Shown here in pieces: positions 1 through 12,458 of a stretch of DNA of 64,000 bases (positions are counted from its first letter, which is position 1; the number at the start of each line of letters is the position of its first letter). The notes below the pieces were generated by a model, which did no database searches, was not told the origin of the DNA, and was given only the letters and a program-made list of their open reading frames with translations. The DNA is from Octopus sinensis (lineage: Eukaryota), in assembly GCF_006345805.1 (NCBI RefSeq), contig NC_043006.1:28830001-28894000 (forward strand). Direction: 5' to 3'. The position numbers and the translations under genes were made by a program.

Positions 1-18
1 TGGTGACCCCGACGTAAT
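1..18 (+). other. tRNA-Trp-type primer binding site-like motif at window edge
   Basis: TGGTGACCCCGACGTAAT is 17/18 complementary to the eukaryotic tRNA-Trp 3' end (ATCACGTCGGGGTCA-CCA). An upstream LTR would lie outside the window. No gag ORF follows. Confidence 0.4.
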
Positions 19-1140
19 GATTCTTGGATTCGATTTCGAATCTAGGCTTAGAGAAGGAAGTGCTAATTCTTACAGCGCCATGAAATGATTGTTACTGTTT
101 TGATACCTATTGCTTAAAGCGAAAATTTTCTCTTTGGCAAACTGCAGAGAAAAGGGCACTTTTTACAGGTCATATATATATCCATGAACTAATCTAAATG
201 TTTGTTTAATTCACAACACTACATTCACAAGCTACTACATAAAAGATATTAATTATCAATTATAAGCTGTTAAATGATTTCCAATCATTATAAAAAACAC
301 TATTTTAATTCGGTGCTTAATTTAGTGAATAGTTAATATACTGATGATAGACAGTGTATGTGTGATATGCCGTGCTGACTGCGTGAATAATAATTCTTCT
401 TCTTCTTCTTCTTATTATTATTATTATATATATATATCAGAAAATTAAGAAAACCAGGAGGATGACAGTTCATAGTGATTTGGCACAGACGTATAATTCA
501 TACAGTAATGTTGATGAAGCAGGGGAATTTGAATGGCCTTTCATGTTGTTTCAATCCAGATATGTATGTGAAATACATGGGATCACTAGTGATACTCACG
601 TAAGTAATAGATAAGAAAATGTGATTTCCTAGCCATTGCTAACTAAAAAACAACAACAACAACAACAACAAATTATGCTGTTCAGCAGTTAAAAAGAAAA
701 GATCTGTAATAAATTTAATACATTTAAATATCCGTTTCGCTTATTCGGAATACCTAAATCCATTTTTGTATTTTCCCCGCATTGTTCTCAAATCGTCAGT
801 GGATGTCATTTTATATCTATTAAGTTTGTGCGTTTGAAAGTAAAAATATTTATTAATTACTGTAATTAAGCTGGTTTTATTTGGGCCAGTGTTTATAGAG
901 AAAATATGCTTAAAGAGATGTCATATGGAGAGATAACTACTGAATATAATAATTGACCACTTAAAACTTTATATTTTTGTTCTGCTCTGATTACATTATA
1001 CAAATACCCTAAATTTCACATGCCAGCGCTTCGTTCGTTTGATGAGAGATAACCTAATTCCCTTTAACTTACAGGGAGTGTCTTTTGTATATTATTTTCT
1101 CAATTCTTTTAGGACTTTTTAAAATATTTTTTGTAATATT

Positions 1141-1562
1141 GGATCTTTTCGGTTTGAACAGCAGTTTTTAACATAATTTCTAGGTAACTAAAAAATTTTT
1201 AACTTCGTATACTGGTAGAATGTGTCTATAAAACATCTTTTTCTCTTGGCTTTATTAAGAAAATTCTATAGTTTTTAAGATATTTGTTGGTTTTTTTCTT
1301 CAATTTCTGTAATTTCAACCAATCACTGACGTCTATTAAGGTAAAAAAAAACATTCTGTGCCGTGTGAATATGTCCCTCGTTTAAGAAACAGATTGGGTT
1401 TCTTTACATTTATGAAGAAAAAAGATACCCTTCCCCCACCCCTAACTAACCCTAACCCTAAAACAGATTGAAATGCAATAGATCGATACTAGGGTCATAA
1501 TTATGGGCGACAATTTCATATGACACCGCTAGAAAAAACTGCCGTTCAAACCGAAAAGATCC
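1141..1562 (+). mobile_element. Merlin-like MITE, copy 1 (422 bp)
   Basis: TIR GGATCTTTTCGGTTTGAACAGCAGTTTTT / AAAAACTGCCGTTCAAACCGAAAAGATCC. Near-identical to 4554-4966 (inverted) and 29717-30135. Flanks GTAATATT and CAGCAACT do not match, so no TSD. Confidence 0.85.
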
Positions 1563-2194
1563 CAGCAACTTCTGTTGTGCTTACATAATTTTTGCAGACA
1601 GATAACATTGATACATTGATGTTCTCCTTGATGAAACCAAATGAAAACTCTTAAGATAAATGGGAAGAATTAAATTTATTGACTTATACACGGCAAGTTT
1701 CCGCAGTCTTCTGCTACATGGAAAAATTTAGTTGAAGTTTAGTGCCAGATTGGTTCTGATAAAGTGTTTCAATAATCAAAGATGTTCTAGCTGTGACGAT
1801 CCCATCTTCTATTCAGACCTAATATGTTTAAAACTCATTATTCACAGTGTTCTTGCTTTTTATTTTGGTTTTCAAAGGGCAGGGTTACTTTGAGAGAAAT
1901 TTTGCTACTATTTCCACCTGGTCGAGTGACAACGTAGATCACTCATTGACTCATGGAGGTTTCTAGCGACTCGGAAGGCAAAAAAAAAATAACAATAATC
2001 GGTAAAATGCACGATAAATATTAAGAAGGGACAGACAAATTACCAGCTTTGTTTAATTGTTCGTTAACATTCTCAATGGTTATTAACGAATAATTATTTA
2101 TTAGTGATCCTCATAATGTTGTACAGAGTACGGGGGAAAAAAATCTGCCATATTTTAAACGGCTATTGGTGTAGCGCTACTGAAGCAAATAATA

Positions 2195-2470
2195 ATGGCG
2201 TAATTCTCGTAGATTAGCCTAGTGGTTAGGTTGTTGCACTCACGATCGCGAGGTCGTGGTTTCAATTTCTGGATCGGGTGGTGTATTGTATTCTTGAGCC
2301 AAATACTTCATCTCACCTTGCTCTGTGATCACTTCGACATCTGCCGTGTGGTACACTGCACACCTGTTCATGCAACGCCGATTTGATGGAGGGAGTGAGC
2401 TAATGTACTGCGTATATATTTGATGGTCACAAATAAACCATTTGTGTAGGTTGTTCACAGCCAATATTTG
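2195..2470 (+). mobile_element. tRNA-derived SINE (CORE-like body)
   Basis: A-box-like TAGCCTAGTGGTTAG, B-box-like GGTTTCAATT, then GTATTCTTGAGCCAAATACTTCATCTCAC. Similar heads at about 22070 and 49560-49625. Confidence 0.6.
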
Positions 2471-2548
2471 CAGAACCGTCTTTCTCGGATCATGAGAGAC
2501 TACCTATCATCCCTCCCTCTCTCCCTCCGTCGATAATATCAATATGAT

Positions 2549-2715
2549 TACAAAGCCTTGTGAGTGGATTTGGTAGACGGAAACTGAAAGAAGCCTGTCG
2601 TATATATATATGTGTGTGTGTGGTGTGTTTGTGTATCTGTGTTTGCCCCCCCCCCCCGATGTTGGTGTGTTTACGTCCCCGTTACTTAGCGGTTCAGCAA
2701 AAGAGATCGATAGAA
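2549..2715 (+). mobile_element. SINE family A fragment (Meta/MESC-like domain)
   Basis: AAGCCTTGTGAGTGGATTTGGTAGACGGAAACTGAAAGAAGCC matches the full copy at 52902-53292. Confidence 0.75.
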
Positions 2716-4553
2716 TCCATCCATCCATCCATGTAGCTAATGTTTTACGGTGTTTTTTTTTTGTTACTATTGGGCCGATAAAATAAGTACCAGTCGAACA
2801 CTGGAGTCGGTGTAATCGACTTAACCCCTCCCCGAAATTGCTGGCCTTGTGCCAAATTTGAAATCATTCTGGTTCGAACCGGTACCTACCGAGTACTTGC
2901 TGCTAAAACGTTTATCAATCTGTGAAATGCAAGAAGCTTTTTTTGCTTCACCTGGTACATTATAACCCAACTGTTACATATATTTTCATATCAATTATTA
3001 TATAGTTTAGTTCTATCATGTTAATTTTTGGAGTGCGAAATGTTTTATTTTATGCACAGAAATGCACTAAGGCGGGGATTACTTAATTAAAAGATATTAA
3101 AGCCGTTGATTTTTTTTAATGATGGCTAATGAAATCCAGGAAATTACTGAACAAAATTTAAAATATAGTTACTACATCAATAAAACAGTTGTATGCAGAA
3201 TAACCAAGTTATTTCTCTAAGAAGGTAGATTCTTAATAGCTATACTTTTACAAAAGCTACAAAGAAAGCTTGGTCATGAGTATCAACTGTAGGTAGATTT
3301 AGTACTTTTAAATTCTTGTATGTCACGTAAATTGATTGTTTGTTGTTTGTTTTGGATATATGATAAGAGGTCAACAGTCATTTCGTGTGGAAATATAATC
3401 CGTTTCATTTATTGCAAGGGATTAAGTTTCTGTTAAGGACGAGAATCAGCAGTTTAGCAAAGGATATTGTGGTCTGGTTGGTAATAAAGGTTTTCTATTA
3501 TTTCAATGACCTCAGAGAGAGAGAGAGAGGGGAGAGGGTGGTGCAATAAAGGAAGAAGGTGGAAGACAGAAAGGGGTGAGTCTATAAGTGCATTCATATG
3601 TGAGTGTGTGTGTGTGTGTGTGTATGTGTGTGTGCGCGCGTGCGGTTTATGAATGATAGTGGGTGAGACCCTCAGCTGTGAATAGTAACAATAAAAGAAG
3701 CCACTTGAAATATCATTAGATCCGCCGTTGTAGCGGTTTGGATGGTTCCTCCCTTAACAGAGATGTTTTTAGTGGAAATAATTGTAAATGAGTGGCAACT
3801 TAATCTGAATAGAATGTGAGATTGACTGAATGACGGAGGGACAAGAAAGACTAAGTAGATTGTGTATGTGTTGTGTGTACGCACCCCACACCCATTCCCA
3901 CCCCCTTTTAACCGCTGGATATATACGTAATTACATATTATATAGACGGTGTCAATGTACAGGCCAGATTGAAAGGACTCTCTAAAGTAGCTAATTAGCG
4001 TGAGTGTGAGCACTTGACTCGGTGTCATTATGTCGACGGTTCATTAAAAGGATTGCTGTTCTTAGAATAATGTATGTGATTATGGACATTCTTCTCCGTC
4101 ACCTACCTTGACGAATCTTTACTTACCCTGTAGTGACATACCAAGATGTCTGATGACAGCCAACGCATCAACACAAATGATGAATAACAATCAGAAGTTC
4201 AACTAAACATCAATATTTTGTTTAGATCCCTATCCCACGTTTTTACCTCGAGCCAGTGATCCTTAACTTGATGGGTAGATATCCGGGGTTTTTTTTTATT
4301 TTAATTTTTTTTTTACTGTTTAGTTAATGTGTGAAGAGCAGTTCTCCTAACCCTTTATTTTTGTCAGGCTTCCAACACTATTGGGATGAAGGAAGGTTTT
4401 CTTTTGACTGATGGCTTGGATTGAATCCTTTCAATAGAGTGAAACTTCGCTGAAGGCACCCAGGTCTCAGTTGGTGGTAATTAAACCGGGCAATAAATTA
4501 AGACTACTATCCAAGAATTCAGAATACAAGTCGCCTTGAATAGAGCAAATGTG

Positions 4554-6537
4554 GGATCTTTTCGGTTTGAACAGCAGTTTTTTCTAGCGGTGTCATATGA
4601 AATTGTCGCCCATAATTATGACCCTAGTAACGATCTATTGCATTTCAATCTGTTTTAGGGTTAGGGTTAGTTAGGGGTGGGGGAAGGGTATCTTTTTTCT
4701 TCATAAATGTAAATAAACCAATCTGTTTCTTAAACGAGGGACATATTCATACGGCACAGAATGTTTTTTAATTCAATGGACGTCAGTGATTGGTTGAAAT
4801 TGCAGAAATTGAAGAAAAAAACAACAAATATCTTACAAACTATAGAATTTTCTCAATAAAGCCAAGAGAAAAAGATGTTTTATAAACACATTCTACCAGT
4901 ATACGAAGTTAAAAATTTTTTAGTTACCTAGAAATTATGTTAAAAACTGCCGTTCAAACCGAAAAGGGATCTTTTCATTTTGAAGGCCAGATTTTCCTAG
5001 TTAACTAGACAATTTGAAACTTCGTATACTGGGAGAATGTGTCAAAAGAAAACATAATTGTAAACCAAAATGAAAACGGAATTGTAATTTCTAAGTTTAA
5101 CGTTGTTTAATAATTCGAATTTTAACCAATGGTATTCTTTCTTTCGACTTCATATCATTTACTGCCTCTCAAAATATTGTTACTGTGACGTAAACAGCTA
5201 TTTTGTGACGTAGTTAACGTAAACATGTAAATAGCTAAAATGTAAACATCCGCTTATCGTAAACAGCTAAATTCGCTTGGCATCGTACACAGCTTTTTCA
5301 GTTCCCTAGAATTATATTTGAAACAAAATAAAAAGAAAAAGATTCATACGCATAAATATCCATCCTTAGACATCAGAAAGATTAGAAATGCAACAAAAAT
5401 TTAAAATACCGGATCTTTACCTTTTGACCTACAGATTTAAAAAATTATTTTTTCTAACTAAACACTTTCAAACTTCGTTGAGTATATATAAAATTTGTGT
5501 AGATCCTAAATAGCTACACACACATGTATACAAACATATGCATATATATATACACCTATACACACATATTCTAATGCATATGCATATATGTGTATGTATT
5601 TATAATGTGTGTGTATTATAGATGCATACATTATATATATATAAAAGATGTTTACATACAATATATATATATGTTATATACATCTACATGTATATGTATG
5701 TATGAATATATAAGTACCACAGAATTTGAATCAAACTGTTTTGATCCATACATACACACACACACACATACATACACACATACTAAAATTACATCGTTGG
5801 AACAGTAATTTATTTATGTATTTTTTGTTATACGATTTATTTTTAAGCTGAATCCCTATCCTGCCATTAACCCTTTTCTTATAAAATAGTTGAAGAATCT
5901 GGGGTGTAGGAATTGTGCCAGTATTGGAACTTTTAACTTCTTGCTCTCTATCTTATGATCTCCGAAATTTAAGAATCTTGTGTTAACTGGGCTCTTATTA
6001 TTTACTCTGACTCTGCCACCACCTCAATGCAAAGACTATTAATATCAGAATCATCTTCACAACCACCACTGAGACATCCTAACATAATCAATGCCACTAC
6101 TACTATCATCACCCACTGCCGCCACCACCACCACCATCACCACCTCTACAAAAACACCAACACTATAATTGCTGCCATCATACACATCCACTGTCACCAC
6201 TACACCACCACCACCACTGCCATGATAACCACATCTACCACAGCTGTTTGCTTACTGCTTACCCACGCTGTTTAAAATTTTCACACAATAGCTGTCTACG
6301 TCACAGTAACACTATGCAGTTAATTATTTCAAATGAAAACAGACAATACGATTGGTTAAAATTCGCAGATTTAAACTACGTTTAAACTTATAAAATACAT
6401 TTTTGTCAAAAAAACTAGTTGAAATTAATGTTTTCTTTTGACACATTCTACCAGTATACGAAGTTTCAAATTATTTAGTTAACTAGAAAAATCTGAAAAA
6501 TCTGGCCTTCAAAATGAAAAGATCCCCTAAAAGATCC
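4554..6537 (-). mobile_element. Merlin-like MITE, copy 2, interrupted inside its right TIR
   Basis: Reverse complement of copy 1 at 4554-4966. The last TIR bases (ATCC) resume at 6534-6537. Perfect 8-bp TSD CAAATGTG at 4546-4553 and 6538-6545. Confidence 0.9.
4967..6525. mobile_element. 1.56-kb non-autonomous Merlin-like element with ~240-bp imperfect inverted arms
   Basis: TIR GGATCTTTTCATTTTGAAGGCCAGATTTT at both ends. 8-bp TSD CCGAAAAG (4959-4966) / CCTAAAAG (6526-6533). The interior is TA/CA and CAC low-complexity sequence with no transposase. Confidence 0.85.
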
Positions 6538-6741
6538 CAAATGTGTTTTACAAGGACCATAGTTGCGTGAGTGTACTAGTATTTTCATGACATCAAAAAT
6601 GATGGCAAATATATCTATCATCAATAGACTGCGCGTCAAATCAAAATGGTAGGTGAAACCATTGATAAATTTCTTACCTAAAATCTCAACCCATTTTGTT
6701 TAATAGTAAAATCTTGCACTCTGATTTTAGCCAAAAGGTTG

Positions 6742-7216
6742 TGTAGCAATGACGGAAAAAATCGTAACTTTAAAATGGGTGATTTCCCTTGATTGGGATC
6801 AGGGAGCAAATTCCGATTATCACCCTTAAACTATAATTTGTTCCCAGCAATTTTGGAACAATTTATTTAGTCCACTTGAGGGCGCTTCTAATTATATAAC
6901 TATTGTTTTGTTTCCATGCCATCTTTCGTGATACGCTATGTTTGATCCATACAATTGCACTGTATTTTGTGTGTGCGCACATTCAATACACCAAGTTACT
7001 CTGTTCAAAGATGTTTTCTGCATTTTAACAACACCAACATTTTGTGTGTAAGCATCCCGACATAAAATAAAATTATTTATGAAACGAAATAAGCGTCTGA
7101 AATTCTTTGCTTCAGTACATAAACCAGTAAGGCCGATGGTGCCATTTTCTATCAGCTTTGCACCGCATCTCGACGTCTATGAACGATTAACTAGTATCAT
7201 TGGACAACATCCAAGA
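6742..7216 (+). repeat. 5' LTR of the outer gypsy element
   Basis: TGTAGCAATG...TCCAAGA (terminal CA mutated to GA). Aligns to 14923-15455 apart from two missing segments. Confidence 0.9.
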
Positions 7217-7217
7217 T

Positions 7218-7229
7218 TGGTAACCCGAC
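7218..7229 (+). promoter_or_regulatory. Primer binding site (degenerate tRNA-Trp type)
   Basis: TGGTAACCCGAC 1 nt after the 5' LTR, compared with canonical TGGTGACCCCGAC. Confidence 0.7.
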
Positions 7230-7565
7230 AAACGCACACGAAAAAATATATCTGAAGGAATTTTGATATTGACACCCGGAATGCTACATATCTACCTTTT
7301 CTTCACACCACGTGATGTCCAGCTCCTTTTCATCTCTGGTACCGCTTGTTACCATTTCAAAGGTAATTTTCACTTTTCATTACCAAGATCTCCTGGTTCC
7401 CAGCCTCATTCACAATAATCTCTTTTTATATTTCGAATTCAAGTCCAACGGCAGTACGCTCGCTTTTAGTTTCGTTCGCCTTTCTTCCTCCTCACCCGTT
7501 CTTTCTGATCGTTTCATCTTCGGTGAATTTCTGCTGCACATCACTGTCACAAAAGCATCCTTACG

Positions 7566-10500
7566 ATGATTACTACCTCTATTCCAGCCTATGCAGTCAA
7601 TGCTAAGCTGTGGTTTGCCCAACTCGATTCTTATTTTACTGCAAATGGCGTACAGTCTTCACAACAGAAAATGCATATCCTGTTTAGTGGTATTCCTGCT
7701 TCTTTAGCCGCTACTGTAAGGATCTCATCACCGACCCTCCACATGGCACCTCCTATGATTCTTTCAAATCAGAAGTTCTGAGACGGAACTCCAAGTCATC
7801 AGAAAGTCAGTTCCGCACCCTACTTCAGGATGAACATCTTGGAGATAGGACCATTTCTGAGTTCTTTTTTTTATGGCGAGTTCGTGAACTCAGCGACGCC
7901 ACACCTGACGACAGCTCGTTCGTCAAGAAGTTGTTCTTAACCCCGCTGCCAAACAATGTACTGGCTAATATGGTTGACACAAGTACTATCGGCCAAATTG
8001 CCGCCTCAACGGACAGGATTAAAGAGTTTTTTCATAGTCCAACCACGGCTGATAGAGTCGTTGCTTCTTCTTTTCTTCTTCTTCTTCCTCCCTACGACAC
8101 AGCCGACCTCAACAGGCGAAGATGCCACATTAAGAGCCATTGAACACTTAACACGTAAAGTCGCTAAACTGTGTCGCGCACGTGCGACATTTCAGCATCA
8201 CCCGCATAGTCGCTCTTCTTCTTGCTGCCGTTCCAGCCCCGCCGCCACCAGTTCCTCGCTGTGTTGGTACCACTCAAGGTTCAAAGAGAACGCACGTCAT
8301 TTGGGGCATCTGTAAACTGAGTTCGGAGAGTTTGGGCACGTCAGATCTCTCCCATAACATTTTACCTTATCATGCTTTTTTTATCAGGGATCTCGTCTCA
8401 CACAAGTCGTTCATGGTGGACTCAGGATCGAGTTGTAGTGTTTGGCCCTTAAGGTTCATCTCTATCAAGCCGAATCCTTCCAGTGTTTCTTTGTATGCAG
8501 TGAATCACTCTCCCATCAGGGCCTATGGCCAGATATCCTTATCGTTAGACCTATCCTCACGTCGAGACTTTAAATGAATTTTTACCATCGCCGACTTTCC
8601 TCATCCTATTCTCGGTGCAGATTTCCTACACCATTATTCACTTTTGGTAGATGTCAGGAGCCGGAGACTTCTAGATAGTACCACATCCTTATCTACACCT
8701 ACCCACGAGTCTACCACCGCTGTTATCAATCTGTTATTTTTCATGGCTGTTATCGGAAACCAGTTTCACACACTCCTCGCCTCGTTTCCCGAGTTGACGA
8801 ACTTTTTCTTCAAGCCTACCCAAGCAATCCACTCGACTCAACACTTTATCACAACGGCCGGTTCACTTGTTTTCTCACGACGGTTAGCTTTGGACAAACT
8901 CAAGATAGCTCAAGCCGAGTTCGAGCACATGCTCCAGCTCGGCCTTATACAACCTTCTACCAGCCCATGTGCATGTCCTCTACATTTGGGATGCAAAGGT
9001 GACACTTACCTTCACCCAGTCGGAGACTACAGACGTCTCAACGCCGTCACCACCCCTGATAGATATCCACTACCTCCTTTTTAGGATTTCTCATCCGCTC
9101 TGCATAACTACACGGTGTTTTCCAAATTGGACCTGGTTCGAACGTACCATCAAATACCAATGAATCCAGAAGATGTGTCCAAAATCGCGGTGACAACACC
9201 ATTTGGCTCATTTGAATTTCTATCTATGCCATTCAGACTGCGAAACGCCGCTAGTACGTTCCAGCGCTTTATTGACGAAGTTACTCGTGGACTTCCAGGT
9301 GTTTTTGCCTATATCGACGACATACTCATCGCCAGTACTATGGTTGAATTACATCAGTAGCATCTTTCTCGGTTGTTCCAGTGACTCTCACGGTACAACA
9401 TCAAAGTGAACCCGGCAAAATGTTTTTGGTAAATCCACATTGGAATTTTTAGGACACGTCGTTGATTGCGACAGCATTTGACTTTGGCCCGCTAAGATCC
9501 AAGCCATCCAGGGTTTAGCCCCTCCTACATCACTCCATCAGCTCCGACACTTCCTCGGTCTCATCAACTTTTATCGTCGTTTCGTACCTAATTGTGCTCG
9601 GAAATTGCTGCTAGCTGATCTTTTAAAGAACAGAACGAAAAAGACGCGGCTATTTCCCTTTCACCAGATGAATTGCTGGAATTCCAGATAATCAAATCAG
9701 ACTTTGTTCAAGTTGCTACGCTAGCCCATCGGATTCCTGGGGCACGTCTCGTACTTACCGTTGATTCAAATTTCGCAGTTGGTGCGATATTACAGCAAGT
9801 TGTTAATTAACGCCTACAACCCTTGGCATTCTTTTCACGTCGGCTCAGGGATCCGGAAATGAGATACAGAACCTTTGCGCGCGAGTTGCTAGCCATTTAC
9901 CTAGCAGTCAAGCATTTTCACCATTTTCTCGTGGGTGTGACTTTGTGGTTTTCACAGATCACAAACCGTTGACTTTCACCCTTCGTTCAAAATTAGACAA
10001 ACACTCGCCCCATGAGATCAGACACCTCAACTTTATCTCACAATTTACAAATGATATACACCACCTTTCTGGACCAGACAACATCCCTGTGGATGCACTG
10101 TCAAGACTTCCAGTTTGTTCTTTGTCTCCAGCTGCGATCGATCTGGTCACATTGCTACCGACCAGCCCCTTCTGCAATCAATCGACACCTCATCTCCACC
10201 ATTCACTCAGTGTCGTTTAGAGTACTGTCAACAACAGACAGAACTATCCTGTGTGACGTATCTATAGGATCACCTCGCCCCCTTGTTACTGACAACCATT
10301 GCCGAAGCCTGTTCGATGCCTTGCACTTCTTATCTCATCCAGGTATTGCAGCCTCGGTCAAGCTCATTACAGCCAGCTTTTGGGGGCCAGACATGCAACG
10401 AGATATCACCACTTTATCTCGTTCCTGTTGTCGGTGCCAGCGTTCCAAGATCTATACACACATTCGTTCGCCACTTGGAAAATTTGACCAACCTGACAGT

Positions 10501-10637
10501 CGTTTTCACCACATTCATATCGGCCTCGTCGGTCCGTGGCCTGTTAGTAACAGATAATACTCTTATATTCTTACCTGTGTCGACTGTTTCTCTCAATGGC
10601 CTGAAGCCATTCCCCTCGCTGATATCTCCGCTGAATC
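7566..10637 (+). pseudogene. Disrupted gag-pol of the outer gypsy element (5' part)
   Basis: Gag LWFAQLDSYF and CWYHSRF (eroded CHCC-type knuckle); protease FMVDSGSS; RT YRRLNAVTTPDRYPLP, FSKLDL, YIDD; RNase H FTDHKPL; integrase HFLSHPG..CCRC and HIGLVGPWP. Many stops and frameshifts. Confidence 0.92.
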
Positions 10638-10930
10638 TGTAGTGAGTGTGCGATTTGAATATAGAGGCACCTATCTTCTCCAGAGATGACTGGTCCTTCC
10701 TCACCCTACCCGAACACTAACGATAGCAGCTGCTAGCCCCAAACCCTTAGCGTCGTCCACGCACGTCTTGTCGCCAGCACGACCCACGTTGGAAAAGGTC
10801 AATTTCCGCCCCCTGCGCACGCTTGACAGCTGACCCCTTCCGCTTGCCCCAGCTTCCGGTCAACGCACCCCGCTGCTGACGTCCGGCTGCTGACGTCATC
10901 CCACACGCCACCCTGATCTTAAAGATCACA
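10638..10930 (-). repeat. Complete 3' LTR of the inner element (293 bp, TG...CA)
   Basis: On the - strand it begins TGTGATC right after the purine tract GGAGCGGAGAGAT (10931-10943) and ends CTACA at 10638. Confidence 0.85.
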
Positions 10931-11317
10931 ATCTCTCCGCTCCATGTTGTAGTCTACCATCCAACCGGGAGAGCGCCTTACTCGTCGAGATCTTCTCAAG
11001 CTGGGCTCCTCATTCTCCCCCTCTCCCGAATCATCGTCCGTCGAAGCAACAATCCTGCGAAGGTCCAAGACATGTCGTGGTGTGCCATCTACGGATACGT
11101 TGCTTCTGGAATTGATCGCCGTCACCGTTCCTCTGCTCCATTGAGACGTACAGCGCGCCTTTGGTGGCTTGACCCAGACTTCCTCCCCTATTTTCACGCG
11201 AACGGGTCCCTTCTCTTCCTCGTGACCCTCCGGCGCTTTGCTCGGGTGCCTCCATTCATATTTGAACACAGCTTTCTGCGGCACAGATTCCTCAGCTTGT
11301 CCGGATCGGGGAGACAA
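10919..11317 (-). pseudogene. Inner element integrase C-terminal region (frameshifted)
   Basis: VWVKPPKARCTSQWSRGTV ... LRRSRRVRRSPGWMVDY is a typical integrase tail. It runs into the PPT and LTR. Confidence 0.75.
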
Positions 11318-11323
11318 GTTGTA

Positions 11324-11836
11324 TCAAAAAACTGCTTCAAGCGGCGAAATGTGCCCTCTTTCCGCTATGGCCTTGACTGTGCCATGGTGCCTCTCCACGA
11401 TCCCGTTACCGCCCGGCCTATACGCTGCTCTGAACAAGCATCGCACGTTCCACCGATCAAGCATAACCCTCAATGCTTCCGAACGAAACGCCGCCCCGTT
11501 GTCCATCAGTAGTTCTTCCACGGGACCTCTCTCTAAAAATATCCCGTTCAGGATCTGCACGATCTCGTCAGCAATGCCCGATCTCAACTCCCTCCAAATG
11601 GCCAGCCGGCCCGGCCCACAGTCGACCATGGAGAGGTACATTCGCTGGCGGTAGTGTGTCACATCCACAGCTAGCCTTTTCCAGTTCTGCTCCACGGAAA
11701 GGCTTCCCTGTTCATGCCCACACGGAGCAGGGTCGATGGACTGACACCTGTCGCAGCTCCCGACCACCTTCCGGACGCTTCTCCTGGTGACGTCAGCATC
11801 AATTTTTTTTTGCCAGATACAGGGTCCTGTCCACAC
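11324..11836 (-). pseudogene. Inner element DDE integrase core
   Basis: CDRC zinc-finger half, RLAVDVTHY (D1), LMDNG (D2), then exactly 35 residues, then E in GNGIVERHH. Confidence 0.9.
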
Positions 11837-12431
11837 CCAGGTGATGCATAGCGTGTAGTTTCTTCAGTTCAGAGTCATCCAACCGACACACCGCAGCTAT
11901 CCCTTTCCGGGCCTCCTCCGGTTCTTCCAACCACGCCCTTTTCACCCTGGTCAGTACGTCCGCCTTGTTTTTCTCCGAAGGCACGAAAACCACGTTCAGC
12001 TTCAGTCCGAATTCGGCGATCAATTCACCTAGAACTCCTAGACGGCGCTTCACTAACATCTCCGCAGCACCTTTCGTCCGCACTCTCCTGTCACCGGTGA
12101 TCACCGATCCTACCCAGCCAAGCACAGTAGTCGAATCCGTCCGCATTTCAATCGTGCACAGCCCCCATTTCAAGGCCAAGTTCACCCCTTTCAGCAGCGC
12201 GTCTAATTCGGCGACATTGATGTGGTTGAAATCATCTGCTTTCCGAAGCCAGGCCGCGTCCTCCACCGCAGTGCCTTCGATTGCCAACACCACCCCTATT
12301 GCTATACTGCTAGCATCACACCAGACGGTCCCGCATTTCGTCTTGGGCACGTACCAGTTCCCCCTGACCGGGTCTTCCGCTCTTGTCCTCGCTAGGATCT
12401 CCTGCATCATCGCCACCGTCCCTTCTCCCAC
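11799..12431 (-). pseudogene. Inner element RNase H plus start of the integrase zinc finger
   Basis: WCDASS, HINVAELDA and RTDSTTV carry the D-E-D catalytic residues. LHAMHHLG follows, and the frame breaks at the poly-T near 11805. Confidence 0.85.
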
Positions 12432-12458
12432 CTTGTCGCCCCACCTCTCTCCTTCTGC

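Noticed and set aside
1437-1463. Interstitial telomere or fusion site
   Set aside because: Only 2-3 CCCTAA units, and they are an internal part of a repeated MITE.
2195-2290. Possible tRNA gene
   Set aside because: No complete cloverleaf, and it continues into a SINE body. The same applies to the other tRNA-like heads.
6027-6275. His/Thr-rich ORF
   Set aside because: It is (CAC)n low-complexity sequence inside a non-autonomous transposon, with no splice or domain support.
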